From a virus (Duplodnaviria > Caudoviricetes), in IMG/VR virus record IMGVR_UViG_3300021255_002052, positions 32,001 to 96,000 of that record: a stretch of DNA of 64,000 bases. One strand, given 5' to 3'. How positions within the stretch are numbered: the first letter of the stretch is position 1; the number at the start of each line of letters is the position of its first letter. A program made the position numbers and the translations under genes. The notes below the pieces were generated by a model that ran no database searches, was not told where the DNA came from, and saw only the letters and a list, made by a program, of their open reading frames with translations. This document shows positions 50,401-62,464 of this stretch, piece after piece.

Positions 50401-52236
50401 ATGTTGAGCGTATGGTTTCCTTTGACAGAGGATTTAAGAAATTAGGGTTTATTTAATCTACCAGCATCTTCATTTGATACTCGGATTCGATATACAGATG
50501 GGAAATTAGGACAATATTGTTATGGAGACTGTGCAATTTATCATATTGGGCAAGAGTGGCTAGGAAATACATGGAGCCTTGCTTGTTGGGTTAAATCCTC
50601 AGAATGGTCGAATTATAATGATATAATATTATGTAAGAATACAACAAGTTCAACTGAAGCTCAATTTTATTTTTCAATAATTGGAGGAAAGCAATTAAAT
50701 ATTGGATGTAATGCTGGTAGTCAAACGCTTGCAACTTCTTACACTTTTGCTACAAATACATGGTATCATGTAGCGGCAACATATGATGGTACTACTTTAA
50801 AATTATATTTGAATGGTAATGAAATCGCATCTAAAGCTTATGCTTCAGTTCAAAAGACCGGCATGAATAATTTGGGTATTGGATGTAGATCTAACAATAC
50901 AAGTGGGACTTCTGCTACAGGCTAGGCAAGTAAACGTATGAATGACGTCCGTATCTATGATCACGCTCTTTCACCTCTCGAAGTAAAACACTTGGCGCAA
51001 GGGTTGGTGCTGCATTATCCTTTAAATAGAGGGGGATTTGGGGGAGACAACATCCTTCCGAACACCTGGGCAGGAGAAAGAACCTTCGAATACCCGTCAA
51101 GTTCCTACTCTGATAGATGGAGTTGCGTTACATCTATTGTTCCTACAGCTTCTCAGTACACACTTTCATTCTGGGCGAAATCAACTGTGGCTGGGGATTA
51201 GATCAGGACACATTTTTATAGCCCGAATACGACGACGACTTGCGTAAGTAGCTAGGGGATTACAAAACGGGCAACGGACGGGAATATGACATTCACGTTA
51301 TCCACAGAATGGGAACATTACTGGGTAACGTATTCACAGAATGAAACGTCCGCTGTAAAACATGTAATCTGCCCAAGAATGGGTGCGGTAGGAAATACTC
51401 AAGGTGTTTGTTACGGAACTGGTACCGTTTCTATCAAAGGACTTAAACTTGAAGAGGGTTCCGTGGCTACTCCCTGGGTCCCGGCTACCACTGATTCGTT
51501 GTACTCGGCTATGGGACTTGATTCAAACGTAGTTTATGACACAAGTGGATATGGCAATAATGGAGAATTATATGCACACGATACAGAAGGCTCAATAACT
51601 GTAGAAAGTGATACTCCGAGATATAACGTGTCAACTCATATTGCTAGTACAAATACGACAACTTCTACTTCAACTGGCACTAGATATATTTATGGTCATT
51701 GTTCATTAACAAACCCAACTGAAATGACTGTTGCTTTTTGGGCAAAACCAATAAGTGCCGGTTATCGTGAATCTTCTTCAACTGGAAATGGCATTTTTTG
51801 CACTACTAATTACAAATATGGCAGCGGTAGTGTTGGAACAGATTATGTAACAAGTGCGATGAATCATAGAGATGGCACAGTTGATATAAACGACTCAGCA
51901 AGTACTACACAATGTAGGCCATCACTTAATGTTACTCTTAATGAATGGCATCATTATGCAATTACGTATGATGGTCAAGTAGGGCGAGTATACAAAGATG
52001 GAGTTTAGTCAAGTACTGCGCAATTTAGTTCACCGAAAACGCTTGACTCTTTTATTGGCGTTGTAATTGGTTTCTCAGGTGCTGGGAGCGCTTGGCGAAG
52101 TAATGACGCATATTACTCCGACTTCCGAATCTACGCCACCTGCCTCTTGCCGCAAGACATCCGCGATCTATATGCAGTCGGTGCTTCCCTATCGGACACC
52201 GGCGTTTTATTTTCTAACGAGGTATCAGAAGTATGA
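50401..52236 (+). CDS. Receptor-binding protein with two LamG/concanavalin A-like domains (611 aa)
   Basis: WYHVAATYDGTTLKLYLNG...MNDVRIYDHALS and WHHYAITYDG...SDFRIYATCL, with a CBM-like middle (LKLEEGSVATPW). Confidence 0.8.
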
Positions 52237-52427
52237 GCAATATATCTAAAGCAGGAATCGTAAACGCGGACTATCTGATCGAGGATGTCGACCTATCCGA
52301 AGCGGGAATCGAGGACGAGCAGACCACTAAACTAGCATCTATCGGCAGCTATCCTCTGCTTACAGACAAGATCGAAACACGGGTGGGCGAAGACTATATC
52401 ATAGTCCGCGAATTTATAGAATGGTAA
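52233..52427 (+). CDS. Hypothetical protein (64 aa)
   Basis: Intact ORF with an ATGA overlap. Confidence 0.6.
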   Translation: MSNISKAGIVNADYLIEDVDLSEAGIEDEQTTKLASIGSYPLLTDKIETRVGEDYIIVREFIEW

Positions 52428-52437
52428 GGAGAAAGAC

Positions 52438-53298
52438 ATGACCGGATATAATATACGGCTCAACGGGGACGGTGGGTTGACCTACTAGTTGACCGACTTC
52501 TCCGTCTCCGATTTTGAGAATAACAGAACCCTCAGTATACAGTCGAACGATTTCAATACGCTTAGGGACGCGTTCGGAAGGCTGACTCTGCTGGAGGTGT
52601 TCAAGGGCGAAAATCCCGTGGCTAGTTATACCTGCTACGACGGCTTCGAGAATATCTCGTACGTCGGGACGGTATACGTGCCGCTGGAGAAGAAGTTCGC
52701 CGAATGTATCAAAGTAACGTTAATTAAGACGAATATCGTCGAATTAGTAAACCGCCTGGATAAGCAGATCAATCCCGTAGTTAATACGGATACTCTGACA
52801 CTTACTTAGGCGAAGGCTTACAAGGTCGAGCAGATCCGCGCAGCTTGTTAGGAAGATATCTATGCGGGGCAGGTAATTGAGACTTCTCTGGGATCCCATC
52901 TGTATAAATACGATCCAGAGACTCAGATCGACCTCGACAGTATGGTGACGCTAGTTAATCTCTGTAAGCTGAACGGTATTGACGACGTTAAGAAATTGCC
53001 ATGGCACTGGCATGCGGGAGCTTGTCAGCTTATGGACGTGAAGGATCTCTTCACGATCTATATCACGCTGAAGACGATGCTAGTATCGAAAACGACATAC
53101 GGCAATCTGCTTCAGAGAGTGGTCAACGAGATGACTAATAAAGATCTGGTATTAGAGGCGAAATACGGTGATCCGCTACCGCCGAGGTATCAGGATATCC
53201 TTAACGAGATTAATACAGAAACGTTGACCGCTGTAACGAAATTTAAGGAAAAGATTAACGGTTCTTCCGCTAGTAACGAAGAATCGAATGAGGAATAA
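52438..53298 (+). CDS. Tail-fibre-associated protein with DUF4376-like C-terminus (286 aa)
   Basis: ORFs 52489 and 52942 share a frame. Motif IRAAC(Q)EDIYAG...ETQIDL...PWHWHAGAC. Confidence 0.6.
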
Positions 53299-53310
53299 AG
53301 GAGAAAAAAT

Positions 53311-53823
53311 ATGAACATGAATCTAACTACTGCCGAAGTTTACGGAATCGTATCTTTCTATATCGAAGACTCTAAGAAACCGGACGGAATCGTTTCGCGA
53401 CTATCCAACCTTCTCAAGTGGAAGCTGAAGCGGAACATCGCGATTCTTCAGCCTGTCGCGGAGGAATTCGAGAAGTTTCGGAACGAAACCCGGGACGAGC
53501 TCTTCGCCGCATGGTTCACTGACGAGAAATCCGATCCTTACGAGGAACCTATTCTGGACGAGAACGGTGAGCAGAGAACTGACGAAGAAGGGAACGTATT
53601 AACTAATAGTCTCCGGAAGATCAAGCCGGAATTTATGGAGGACTACGCTAAAGCCGCCGACGAGGCTAATAAGAAGATCATCGAGGTGGCGAATAACGTC
53701 GAATCCTATAAGCTGAATACCGCGAACGTCGAGGCTGAGATTGAGACCTTTATCAACGATCTGTCCGACGAAGACTTCAGCAGGGTAGATGTCCTGATGT
53801 TTATGGATGAGGGCGATGAGTAA
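53311..53823 (+). CDS. Hypothetical acidic protein (170 aa)
   Basis: Intact ORF with AAGGAG RBS. Confidence 0.7.
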   Translation: MNMNLTTAEVYGIVSFYIEDSKKPDGIVSRLSNLLKWKLKRNIAILQPVAEEFEKFRNETRDELFAAWFTDEKSDPYEEPILDENGEQRTDEEGNVLTNSLRKIKPEFMEDYAKAADEANKKIIEVANNVESYKLNTANVEAEIETFINDLSDEDFSRVDVLMFMDEGDE

Positions 53824-53847
53824 TCGCTCTAAACGGGGTGATTATTT

Positions 53848-56658
53848 ATGGCTATATTAGGAAATTTAATCGTATAGGGTGACGCCAGATTCCTCTAGGG
53901 GATTACGGCGGACACCCTGTCCGTAATAAACCGGATCGAGGCACCGGCGGTTATGGCGGACTCGTATTTGATCGGAGCCCGCGAATTCGCCTCTGCAATC
54001 GATGATCAGCTTAGGATCAACGCTGAGAACGTCTTCGCCGATGGCGTATATTTTGGCGAGTCGGTAATTAAGACAGAGGGCGGGGTCCAGGTCGGAACGG
54101 ACGGTGCTGTCGCTAGTATCTCTCAGAACGGGGCCATGTTCGGAGTAGACGTATATCCATCCACGGCGAACGGCTCACTGGGACTTTAGACTCACACTTG
54201 GGAGTATATCTACGGCTTCCACGGCATATTCACCGGCGACCTCGACGTATCCGGTAATACTACTTTTAATGGCGAAAACTAGTTTAACGGCAGATCGGTG
54301 TTTGTCGGCGATATTTAGTCATAGGACGCGGAGTTCGAAAAAGTGCGCGTCAGATCTGAACTTCGGGCGACTAACTACATCTTAGATAACGTATCCTCGA
54401 TTGGCGGAACGTTCTACGTCTCTCCGTCGCTCTACTGTCTTACACCGACTGTCGTCGTTTCAAATAAAGGAAATACCTCCTCAACGCTGACGATCACAGA
54501 TACCGCGATTTCGTCGGATAATCTGGGCGGCACGACCTGGCATTCCGGTTCGCGGGTAAAAGTATCCGGGCGAATCGGCAATGTCGTACTCGGATCGGTC
54601 GACGGTACTCTTAAGTCGAAAATGAACAGTACTTCGCACGTACTGGCTCTGAACATAACGTTCGCAGCTAGTGATCCTATTGCTGAACTAGATAACGGAA
54701 CCTACGACGATATCCAGAATCTGATCGTCACGCTCTACGAGGTAAACTATAACGGAACCGGGCAGTTATATCCGCTCGGCATCTATCTGGAGTCTTACGG
54801 TGACGCGAAGAAACCGGTAATCGACATATTCGGCGGAAATTCTGGTTATTCCGATCCTAACGTCCGAATCGGCTATCTGGACGGACTCCCAGCGATTACG
54901 GTAGGCAGCTCATCTTTCGTGCCCCGCAACTGGGGTATCTACGCGAATAACGGCTACTTCAAAGGGACTATCGTCACGAACTCCGGCGCGATTGGTAACT
55001 GGCGGATAAACGATGATTCTCTCTACTACGGCACTCTCGGCTAGGGTATCTGGCTCTCGCCGGTAGGTACTTAGGGCGTTGCGGATATCGCGGGATCCGG
55101 TCTCAGAAGCGGCTGGGCGTTTACTTCGTCGAATACGTTCGGCGTTACGTCTGCCGGGGAATTTTACTCTACGGCTGGTAAGATCGCCAGCTTCTATATT
55201 AACGACACTACGATCTATAACGGAGAATTCGGAACTGACAACTCTGTCTTACTGAGCACGGGTTATACGACCGCTACAGGAATCGGCACAATCACTGGTA
55301 CCTAGGAGTACGCTTTCGGTGCTGGTGCGCATTTCGGCGTTACGACGTCTGGCTATCTTACTTCTAGCGCTGGAAACATCGCTGGCTGGGAAATATCGCC
55401 TATCGCGCTCTCCCATGGGACGTTAGGATCTCCGCAGGGATATATCCTCGATTCGTCCGGTTCGACTCAGACAACGATTAACGGAGATTAGATATCCGGC
55501 CTAATGATGGTGGTCGGATCTAACTTCGCGATAGATAAAGACGGAATTATATATACGAACGGTGGCGTATTCAGCGGGGATATTATCGGTGGAACGATAA
55601 CTTCGCGGAACTACTCCTCCGACTCCTATATGAAAACGGCGACTGGAGCATACGTACTTCTCGCCGACGGTACTAGTAAACTGAAGAAAACTAGAGAAGA
55701 TAACTATTCTAACAACGGTATGATGCTCGACCTGAATCGCGGTATCATTTCTACCTCTAACTTCTTTATAGCCGAAGACGGATCAGTAAATATCCGTAAC
55801 GCGACGATAGGCGGAACTCACGCGACCGGTATGATTCATACGGAAGCGTATCTGCCACCATCTGTCGGCAACGAGAATAGTCTGATCAATTCTAATGGCG
55901 CAGATAGTATATCTACTAAGTATTTCGCCAGGCAGGGAATAAAGATCGGCCTAGACGATAGCGGATTCTTCACGTCGGAGAATTTCGCGATCACTGGCGA
56001 CGGAAGCGCGTATATAAACGGCGAAATAAGAGGGCATCTGGGTTCTTCGTCTAGCGGTCTGACTATCGGCGAATCGGCGATCTATAAAGGAACAGCCTCG
56101 ATGACCAGTATTATCCCCGGTATCTATTATGGCACGGACGGTATTAGGAACTTCACCGAAGACGGCAAATATGCGCAGATTAAAGACGGTGTTATCAGTT
56201 CGACGGAAAGTATAACTATTGGATCGACGGTGGGAAATCATGTTGTGCTGTCGGAAAACACTGGCAAGTTTGCGCTGAATTATCTCAATTCTTCTGGTGA
56301 ACTTAACAGTAGCATAGAACTCGGATCTGGAGCTAGAGGTCCTAACTCCGTGGTTGTATTACCATATACCGATTATGTCGGCTTTGGTTCTTCTACTGGT
56401 ATTACCCTATAGGCATACCTTCAGAAGCTCATTCAGTGGATATGTGTCAATTATCCGAATCGTAGTCGAAATCTCTTTATAGGTGTCGGAGGTCCTGCGG
56501 CGATGGGATTTTATATAATCTGCATTTACGGTACCTCCGACTTAAGCGGTGGCGTTCCTAAACATGCTTTTGGCTAGTTTACTTTATGGAATACTGCTGT
56601 ATATAATTTTGGGTACAATAACTATAACTTCTATTTCAAGACCTTAACTCAGACCTAA
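53848..56658 (+). CDS. Second tail fibre/spike protein (~936 aa)
   Basis: ORFs 53953, 54343 and 55504 share a frame. Repeated G-x-I-G/A-x-W/F-x-I beta-helix motifs. Ends TAA 56656-56658. Confidence 0.7.
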
Positions 56659-56676
56659 CGCGGAAGGAGGCCCTAT

Positions 56677-57081
56677 ATGAAGAAGAACTTATTCTTATTT
56701 ATAGTCGGCGGCATTCTATACTCCGTAATTGAGCTGCTCTTTCGTGGTCATACCCACTGGCTGATGTTCTTCGTCGGAGGATTCTGTTTCTTGTTAGTCG
56801 GAGCTATAAACAATTATATCGACTGGGAAATGCCGTTTCCTCTGTAGTAGTTAATAGGAGCTATACTAATTACCGCTGTTGAACTAATATCAGGTTTCGT
56901 CCTGAACATTATGTTAAAACTGAATATATGGGATTATAGTAATATGCCACTCAACTTTCTCGGCTAGATATGTTTGCCGTTTTCTATTGGGTGGTTTTTC
57001 TTATCAGCCGTAGCGATAGTTCTAGACGATTATCTCCGCTACTGGCTTTTCAACGAACAAAAACCTAAATATAGGGGGTGA
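56677..57081 (+). CDS. Membrane protein, ABC_trans_CmpB/DUF1113-like family (134 aa; TAG-TAG at 56845, TAG at 56965)
   Basis: GGILYSVIELLFRGHTHW...WDYSNMPLNFLG(Q)ICLPFS. The family GQICL motif is encoded GGC TAG ATA TGT TTG. Confidence 0.85.
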
Positions 57082-57086
57082 TTTAA

Positions 57087-57938
57087 TTGCCGGAAAATGA
57101 AGGAATAAAGATTTCCGATATGACAGAGGCGAGCACTATTGATGGGTCGGAAAATCTGTACGCAATATAGCTTAGTGATGACCGGAGACTTACCCCGCAA
57201 TAGTTAGCTGATTACGTAGCAGAATCCTACGTATATGATAAGACTAACTCGGATACGACTACGATCGCCGGGAAACTTAACGAGTTAGAAGCAGCTCTTA
57301 CGTCTGCGACGAATTTATTACCTTATGTATATCCGGTTGGGGCTATATATTGGAGTCGACGGGATACTAGTCCGGCGTCGTTATTCGGCGGAACATGGAC
57401 GCAAATACAGAATAGATTTTTATTAACGGCTGGAGGGTCTTACGCGGTTAATTCTACTGGTGGGGAAGCTACGCATACTCTTACAGTGGCAGAAATGGGA
57501 AGACATGATCATGGCGGGGTCACCGGCAAACCGAGTAACAATACTTCAGGCGGATCTAGTTCAGATAAGACTGGAGTCTCAACTAAACATACACATGGTA
57601 TCCCTGGGTTATCTGGAACAGCCACTAATACAGGAACTCATGCTCATACACTGCCTGATGATTATAATTTTGGAGCATCAGGAACTGTCCCGTTTATAGT
57701 TCAAAGAACCGGTGGAGCATCATGCTCGATGAGTATGTCAACCGATGGTGCTCATACACACACGGTAAAGACTACCGCTGCTACTTCAGGTGCAGCAGAC
57801 AAGGGGCATACCCACGATCTTTAGAGCCATACTCATAGCATTAGTCATACACATACTATTACGGCTGAGGGCAGTGGAGGAGCCCATAATAATATGCCCC
57901 CGTACGTAGCTTATTACTGTTGGGAAAGGACGGCATAA
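57087..57938 (+). CDS. His-rich short fibre / baseplate protein paralog 1 (283 aa)
   Basis: YPVGAIYWS...PASLFGGTW, GGEATHTLT, many HTH motifs, C-terminal HNNMPPYVAYYCWERTA. Confidence 0.78.
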
Positions 57939-58786
57939 TATGGCAGATAAATCTATATTAGAATTCCCTACTTCTGAATCTATTGAAGGTGATGAAATTT
58001 TTTATGGTGTTTAGGCTTCGTCTGACGTGAAAATAATAGCAGACGATCTCGCGGAATATATCCTTGATAAATATACTTTCAATCAAGCCGTAACTAATAA
58101 GAACGTCATATCTGGCAGAATTACTTCGCTAATGACTATTGCCAATATAGAAGATCTTGCTGATAAGACTTATCCTCCAGGCAGTCTTTACTGGAGTAGT
58201 TCGAGTACGTCACCAGCATTGATATTAGGCGTGGGAGTGTGGACACGAGTTAACGATGCGTTTATTCTAGCTGCCGGAAGCACTTACACTGCTGGTTCAA
58301 GCGGGGGCGAAACAGTACATTTACTTACTATTAATGAAATTCCATCTCACGCTCATGGTACTACTACTGGTGATGCTAGTAATACAACGTCTAATGGTCC
58401 AAATACGACTAATACAGGCGATACAGATGCTGGGCATACTCATACCATACCTTCTTTATCCGCAACTACAAGTAAAAATACTGGTCATACACATTATGTG
58501 AATAATCCATCGTATTCTGCTGGCGATAATGATATGATGGGTTCGCCGTATAGAACCACTTATGGTAGTAGCAGTAAAACGAGTTTTTCATCTTAGGCAG
58601 GTCATAGTCATACAGTATCAATTCCGTCTGGGTCATACCTTGATAAGAATACGGCAACACATACTCATAGTCTTCAGGATCATACTCATGATCTTAGCAA
58701 TCATACACACACTATATCGGCTCAAGGTGGAGGCTTATAGCATAATAATATGCCCCCGTACGTAGCTTATTACTGTTGGGAAAGGA
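57885..58786 (+). repeat. 46-bp perfect direct repeat (57885-57930 and 58741-58786), with a partial third copy ~59613-59630
   Basis: CATAATAATATGCCCCCGTACGTAGCTTATTACTGTTGGGAAAGGA occurs at both sites. Confidence 0.9.
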
Positions 58787-58794
58787 TAGAATAA
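57940..58794 (+). CDS. His-rich short fibre / baseplate protein paralog 2 (284 aa)
   Basis: Same architecture: YPPGSLYWS, GGETVHLLT, HNNMPPYVAYYCWERIE. Confidence 0.78.
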
Positions 58795-59636
58795 TGGCAG
58801 ACTCAATGATACCGGAATTATCGATAGCTTCCGCGCTATCTGGAGCGGAGTCTTTCTATATTATAGATGAATCTTCGGACGTGAAGATATCTCCTGTTCA
58901 ATTAGCACAATATATAGTGGAGTCGTATCAATTTGACACTACAAACGATACTGAAAATTCTATTACAGGAGCAATTAATTAGTTGAACGCCATCGGAACT
59001 GATACTCGTGCCTTGTTATTGTCTGTTCATCCAATAGGTAGTCTTTATTGGAGTAGCTCTAGCAAGAGTCCAGCTGAACTATTTGGTGGCACATGGACAT
59101 AGATAAAAGATCGGTTTATATTGGCAGCCGGAAATACTTTTGCAGTAAAGCAAACTGGCGGCGAAGAAAAACATACTTTAACGGTAGCTGAAATGCCATC
59201 ACATAGTCACGGTGGGAAAACTAGCGCTCCTGGTAATAATAAAACTGGTAAGCCTAGCAAAACCACTACAGGAAATAATAGTTAGGCTCATCAACATAGC
59301 ATCCCTAAATTATCAGGAACAGCTCTAACATGCTCATCTCATACCCACACAGTTACTGTAAATGGTAACCCTGGTGGCGGTAATGGAGCTAGTGGTAGTG
59401 TCAATATGAAAGGGCAAGCCATAAGATGGATAACAACGACTTCTAACGGAGATCACGGTCATACGTTCACTACTACAAAAAGCACTTCTGGTTAGGATTC
59501 GGCAGATCATAAACATACGATGGCTCATACACATAATTTATAGAACCACACGCATAGTCTTACAGCTGAAGGTGGTTCTGCCCACAACAACATGCCGCCT
59601 TATGTCGCTAAATACTGTTGGGAAAGGATATCTTAA
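58794..59636 (+). CDS. His-rich short fibre / baseplate protein paralog 3 (280 aa)
   Basis: Same architecture: HPIGSLYWS, GGEEKHTLT, HNNMPPYVAKYCWERIS. Confidence 0.78.
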
Positions 59637-59638
59637 AA

Positions 59639-60478
59639 ATGAGAATATTGGACGAAAATGGAAATGAAATAACAAACCCAGATTTAGAACTGGGTTATTT
59701 AGAACAGGAAGAAATAATTAAAGAACACCATGACGAAATTCCGGCAACACCCGGATCTTTTCATTATGAAGTAATACGAGAATATCCGAATGGTGGCAAA
59801 GATGCTGAGAAGGTCTGGGATGTAGAACCGACCGAAGCTATCGCCGCTTGGGATGAGAAAGAAATCATCTCGCGCTATATCCGCTATACTCAGGAAGAAC
59901 TAGACGAACAGGAAACGAAGAAACGCGAGGAGCGAGAAGCAGCTGAGCGGGAAGACGCAGAACGTACCGCACGTGAAGCTCGGTTAGTAAAAATCGAGTA
60001 GACTCTCAGTAAACTCGACGATGAAGCGATCAAAAAAGAAATCGAGACAGCAGAAGATTTAGAGGACATCGAATACGTTCGCCAGAAAAAACTACGTGAT
60101 ATGTCTGAAGCATGTGCTGCCTCTATAGAAGCTGGGTTTGGCGTCCAACTCTCAGATGGTCATATGCATCACTTCTCTCTCACTGTTGTGGATCAGGTCA
60201 TGATTATGGCTTTAGCGCAGAAAGCTAAAGCGGGATAGACAGTTCTTCCCTGGCATGCTGACGGCGAATTCTGTGAGTTCTTTTCTCCAGAGGATATTCT
60301 GGTAATCAACGAAGAAATGGAACACATAGTTACTTATCACGAAACCTACTTCAACTCTTTGAAGCAGTACATGCTCTCGATGAACGTAATTGAGCAGCTT
60401 AACGCAGTAACCTACGGACAAGAAATCCCGGAGGCTTACTGGTCAGATGTATACCGGGCGATCGTTACGCCTACTTGA
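59639..60478 (+). CDS. Tail fibre assembly-like protein fused to a DUF4376-like domain (279 aa, 2 TAG)
   Basis: MRILDENGNEITNPDLELGYL..., then SEACAASIEAG...HFSLTVVDQ...PWHADGEFC. Ends TGA. Confidence 0.65.
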
Positions 60479-60506
60479 TTATTAGTGAAGAAAGGACGGT
60501 GATACC

Positions 60507-60920
60507 GTGAGTTGGAAAATAACTGAGCGAACAGATGGCGACGAAACGTCGTACGTCATAAAGATGTGTCGCGGAGATACGCCGACTTTTCGTATAAACG
60601 TAAAGAAGAATACCGTGGACGGGGTGCTAGACTGGGAACCGACGCAGGGCCTGGACTACGACCTCGTCTTCGCGATTAAGGAGAGGGGCGGAGAATCCCC
60701 TCTCTACTAGATTAAAGCAGACTCCGACTATACGATCTTTCTGCCGGAGGAAGCGACGGGCAATCTCGAGCCCGGGAAGTACCGCTGGGAAGTATCTCTG
60801 AACATTTACGACGAGGGAGAACTCTCCTACCACGATACCTTTATCGAGAACCAGCTTCTAATAATAACCGACGAAGTCTACGGAAGCCGTAACCGGGGAG
60901 GAGGCGATCTCGGTGGCTGA
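60507..60920 (+). CDS. Baseplate upper (BppU-N-like) beta-sandwich protein (137 aa)
   Basis: IKMCRGDT...LVFAIKE...LEPGKYRWEVSL, with one TAG. Confidence 0.55.
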
Positions 60921-62097
60921 TTTTATAGGGACGCTAGAAACGACGCCCGAGCAGATAACCGGTAACCTGTCATCCGACTAGTCGCTGGCCGGTAAGCTCT
61001 CCTCTCTCGGTATCCCTGGCAACGGAATCGCGACGATCGAGAAAACCGCGACCGAGGGGCTCGTAGACACGTATACGATCACGTACGACGACGGCGCGAC
61101 GACCGTCTACCAGATCACGAACGGTAACGGGATCGCGAACGCTAGCTTTAACGAGGATAATACTCTTACGCTCGAATTCTCGGACGGGACCTCTCTCACG
61201 ACCGGAGTCCTGCGCGGCGACGACGGAGAGGAAGTCCTGCTGCGAGCCGAGGATAACGTAGTCAGCTATAAGTACGAGTCGGATCCGGACTGGACAGTGC
61301 TCGTCGATCTGACCGGTTTCGCGGACGAAGCGAGTAACGCCGCCGCTACGGCGACCGAGAAAGCTACCCAGGCCAGCAACTCCGCGACCAGGGCCGAGAC
61401 AGCCGCGAGTACGGTTAATTCCGCTGTTGCGACCGTAACACAGAAGGCGGAGGAGGTCACGAATTCGGCGGAACAGGCCGCGATCTCTCAGAGACGAGCC
61501 GAAGCCGCCGCCGAGGATGGGCGGATCTATAAGAACACCGCCCGGGAATACGCCACCGCTTCTCTAGCCGCACAGGAGAATACGCGGATATATTCGGAGC
61601 GGACTCTTGGCTACGCTAATAACGCCGCCGCGTCTGCCCAGGCTGCGAAAGATTCCGAGACTGCCGCCGCTTCCTCCGCCGATCAGGCGCGGGAATATGC
61701 CGAGAACGTCGACGATCTAGCTGTCCAGGCGATGGAGGATTATCTCGACGAACATCCGGCGGTACAGTCGATCAACGGTAAAACCGGCCACGTTATTCTC
61801 TCCGCCTCCGATGTCGGGGCTCTCCCCTCTTCTACGGCTATCCCCTCGAAGATCTCGGATCTGACGGACGATTCGGGTCATTATACTAAACCGGCAACGG
61901 GTATTCCGGCAAGTGACATGGCGAACGGTGTGATCCCGGCCATTGACAACACGCTGACCGTTATCGGAGCGGCGGCAGACGCAAAGAAAACTGGTGACGA
62001 ATTATATGCGTTAAAGGAAGAATTAACCGAGATCAAGAGGCGTATCGACGATATCGAGGAGAAACACAACGCTGGAGAAGGTGAATCCAATGGATAA
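60913..62097 (+). CDS. Tail fibre-like protein with Ala-rich coiled coil (394 aa)
   Basis: GGAGG RBS, GTG 60913. Motifs GNGIATIEKT...DTYTITY, VQSINGKTGHVILSASDVGA and DNTLTVIGAAADAKKTGD. Confidence 0.7.
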
Positions 62098-62236
62098 AGA
62101 TTTAGCAGAAAAGATATATTGGATATTGATTGAAGAAGGACAGCACAATTTAAATTTCCCACTTGGCAGTATAATCACAAATACACCAGATGAAGTAAGG
62201 GATATTATCCGAAAACACATCAAGGAACTAACTTAA
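62090..62236 (+). CDS. Small hypothetical protein (48 aa)
   Basis: GAAGGTGA RBS, ATG 62090, MDKDLAEKIYWILIEEGQHN..., ends TAA. Confidence 0.55.
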   Translation: MDKDLAEKIYWILIEEGQHNLNFPLGSIITNTPDEVRDIIRKHIKELT

Positions 62237-62260
62237 ATAGATCTTTCAGGAGGCAAGTAT

Positions 62261-62383
62261 ATGGTAGAGCTAATATGCGAATTCTGCTCAGAGCATTGGG
62301 TAGTTTTGTATGGGCTTTTGATGTTTGGTATAGGCGAAATCTACGGATATATCAAAGGCCGAAAAACTATCGCAGGAGCTTAA
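62261..62383 (+). CDS. Small single-TM peptide (40 aa)
   Basis: AGGAGG RBS. MVELICEFCSEHWVVLYGLLMFGIGEIYGYIKGRKTIAGA. Confidence 0.6.
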   Translation: MVELICEFCSEHWVVLYGLLMFGIGEIYGYIKGRKTIAGA

Positions 62384-62397
62384 AGGAGGAAACAATT

Positions 62398-62460
62398 ATG
62401 AAAAAGTATCATGAAGTATCGGCGGCGGTAACTGAAACGAAGCCGGTCGAGGAGGGATAA
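62398..62460 (+). pseudogene. 20-aa mini-ORF, probable internally deleted gene remnant
   Basis: Very strong AAAGGAGG RBS but only MKKYHEVSAAVTETKPVEEG before TAA. Confidence 0.35.
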
Positions 62461-62464
62461 TCTG

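Noticed and set aside
56677-57081. Functional ABC transporter or drug resistance gene
   Set aside because: It is a lone small membrane protein with no ATPase partner, and this family is common in Firmicute phage tail/lysis regions.
57885-59636. Diversity-generating retroelement (TR/VR pair) or shufflon
   Set aside because: The repeats are identical and direct with no adenine-specific mismatches, and no reverse transcriptase or invertase is present in the window.
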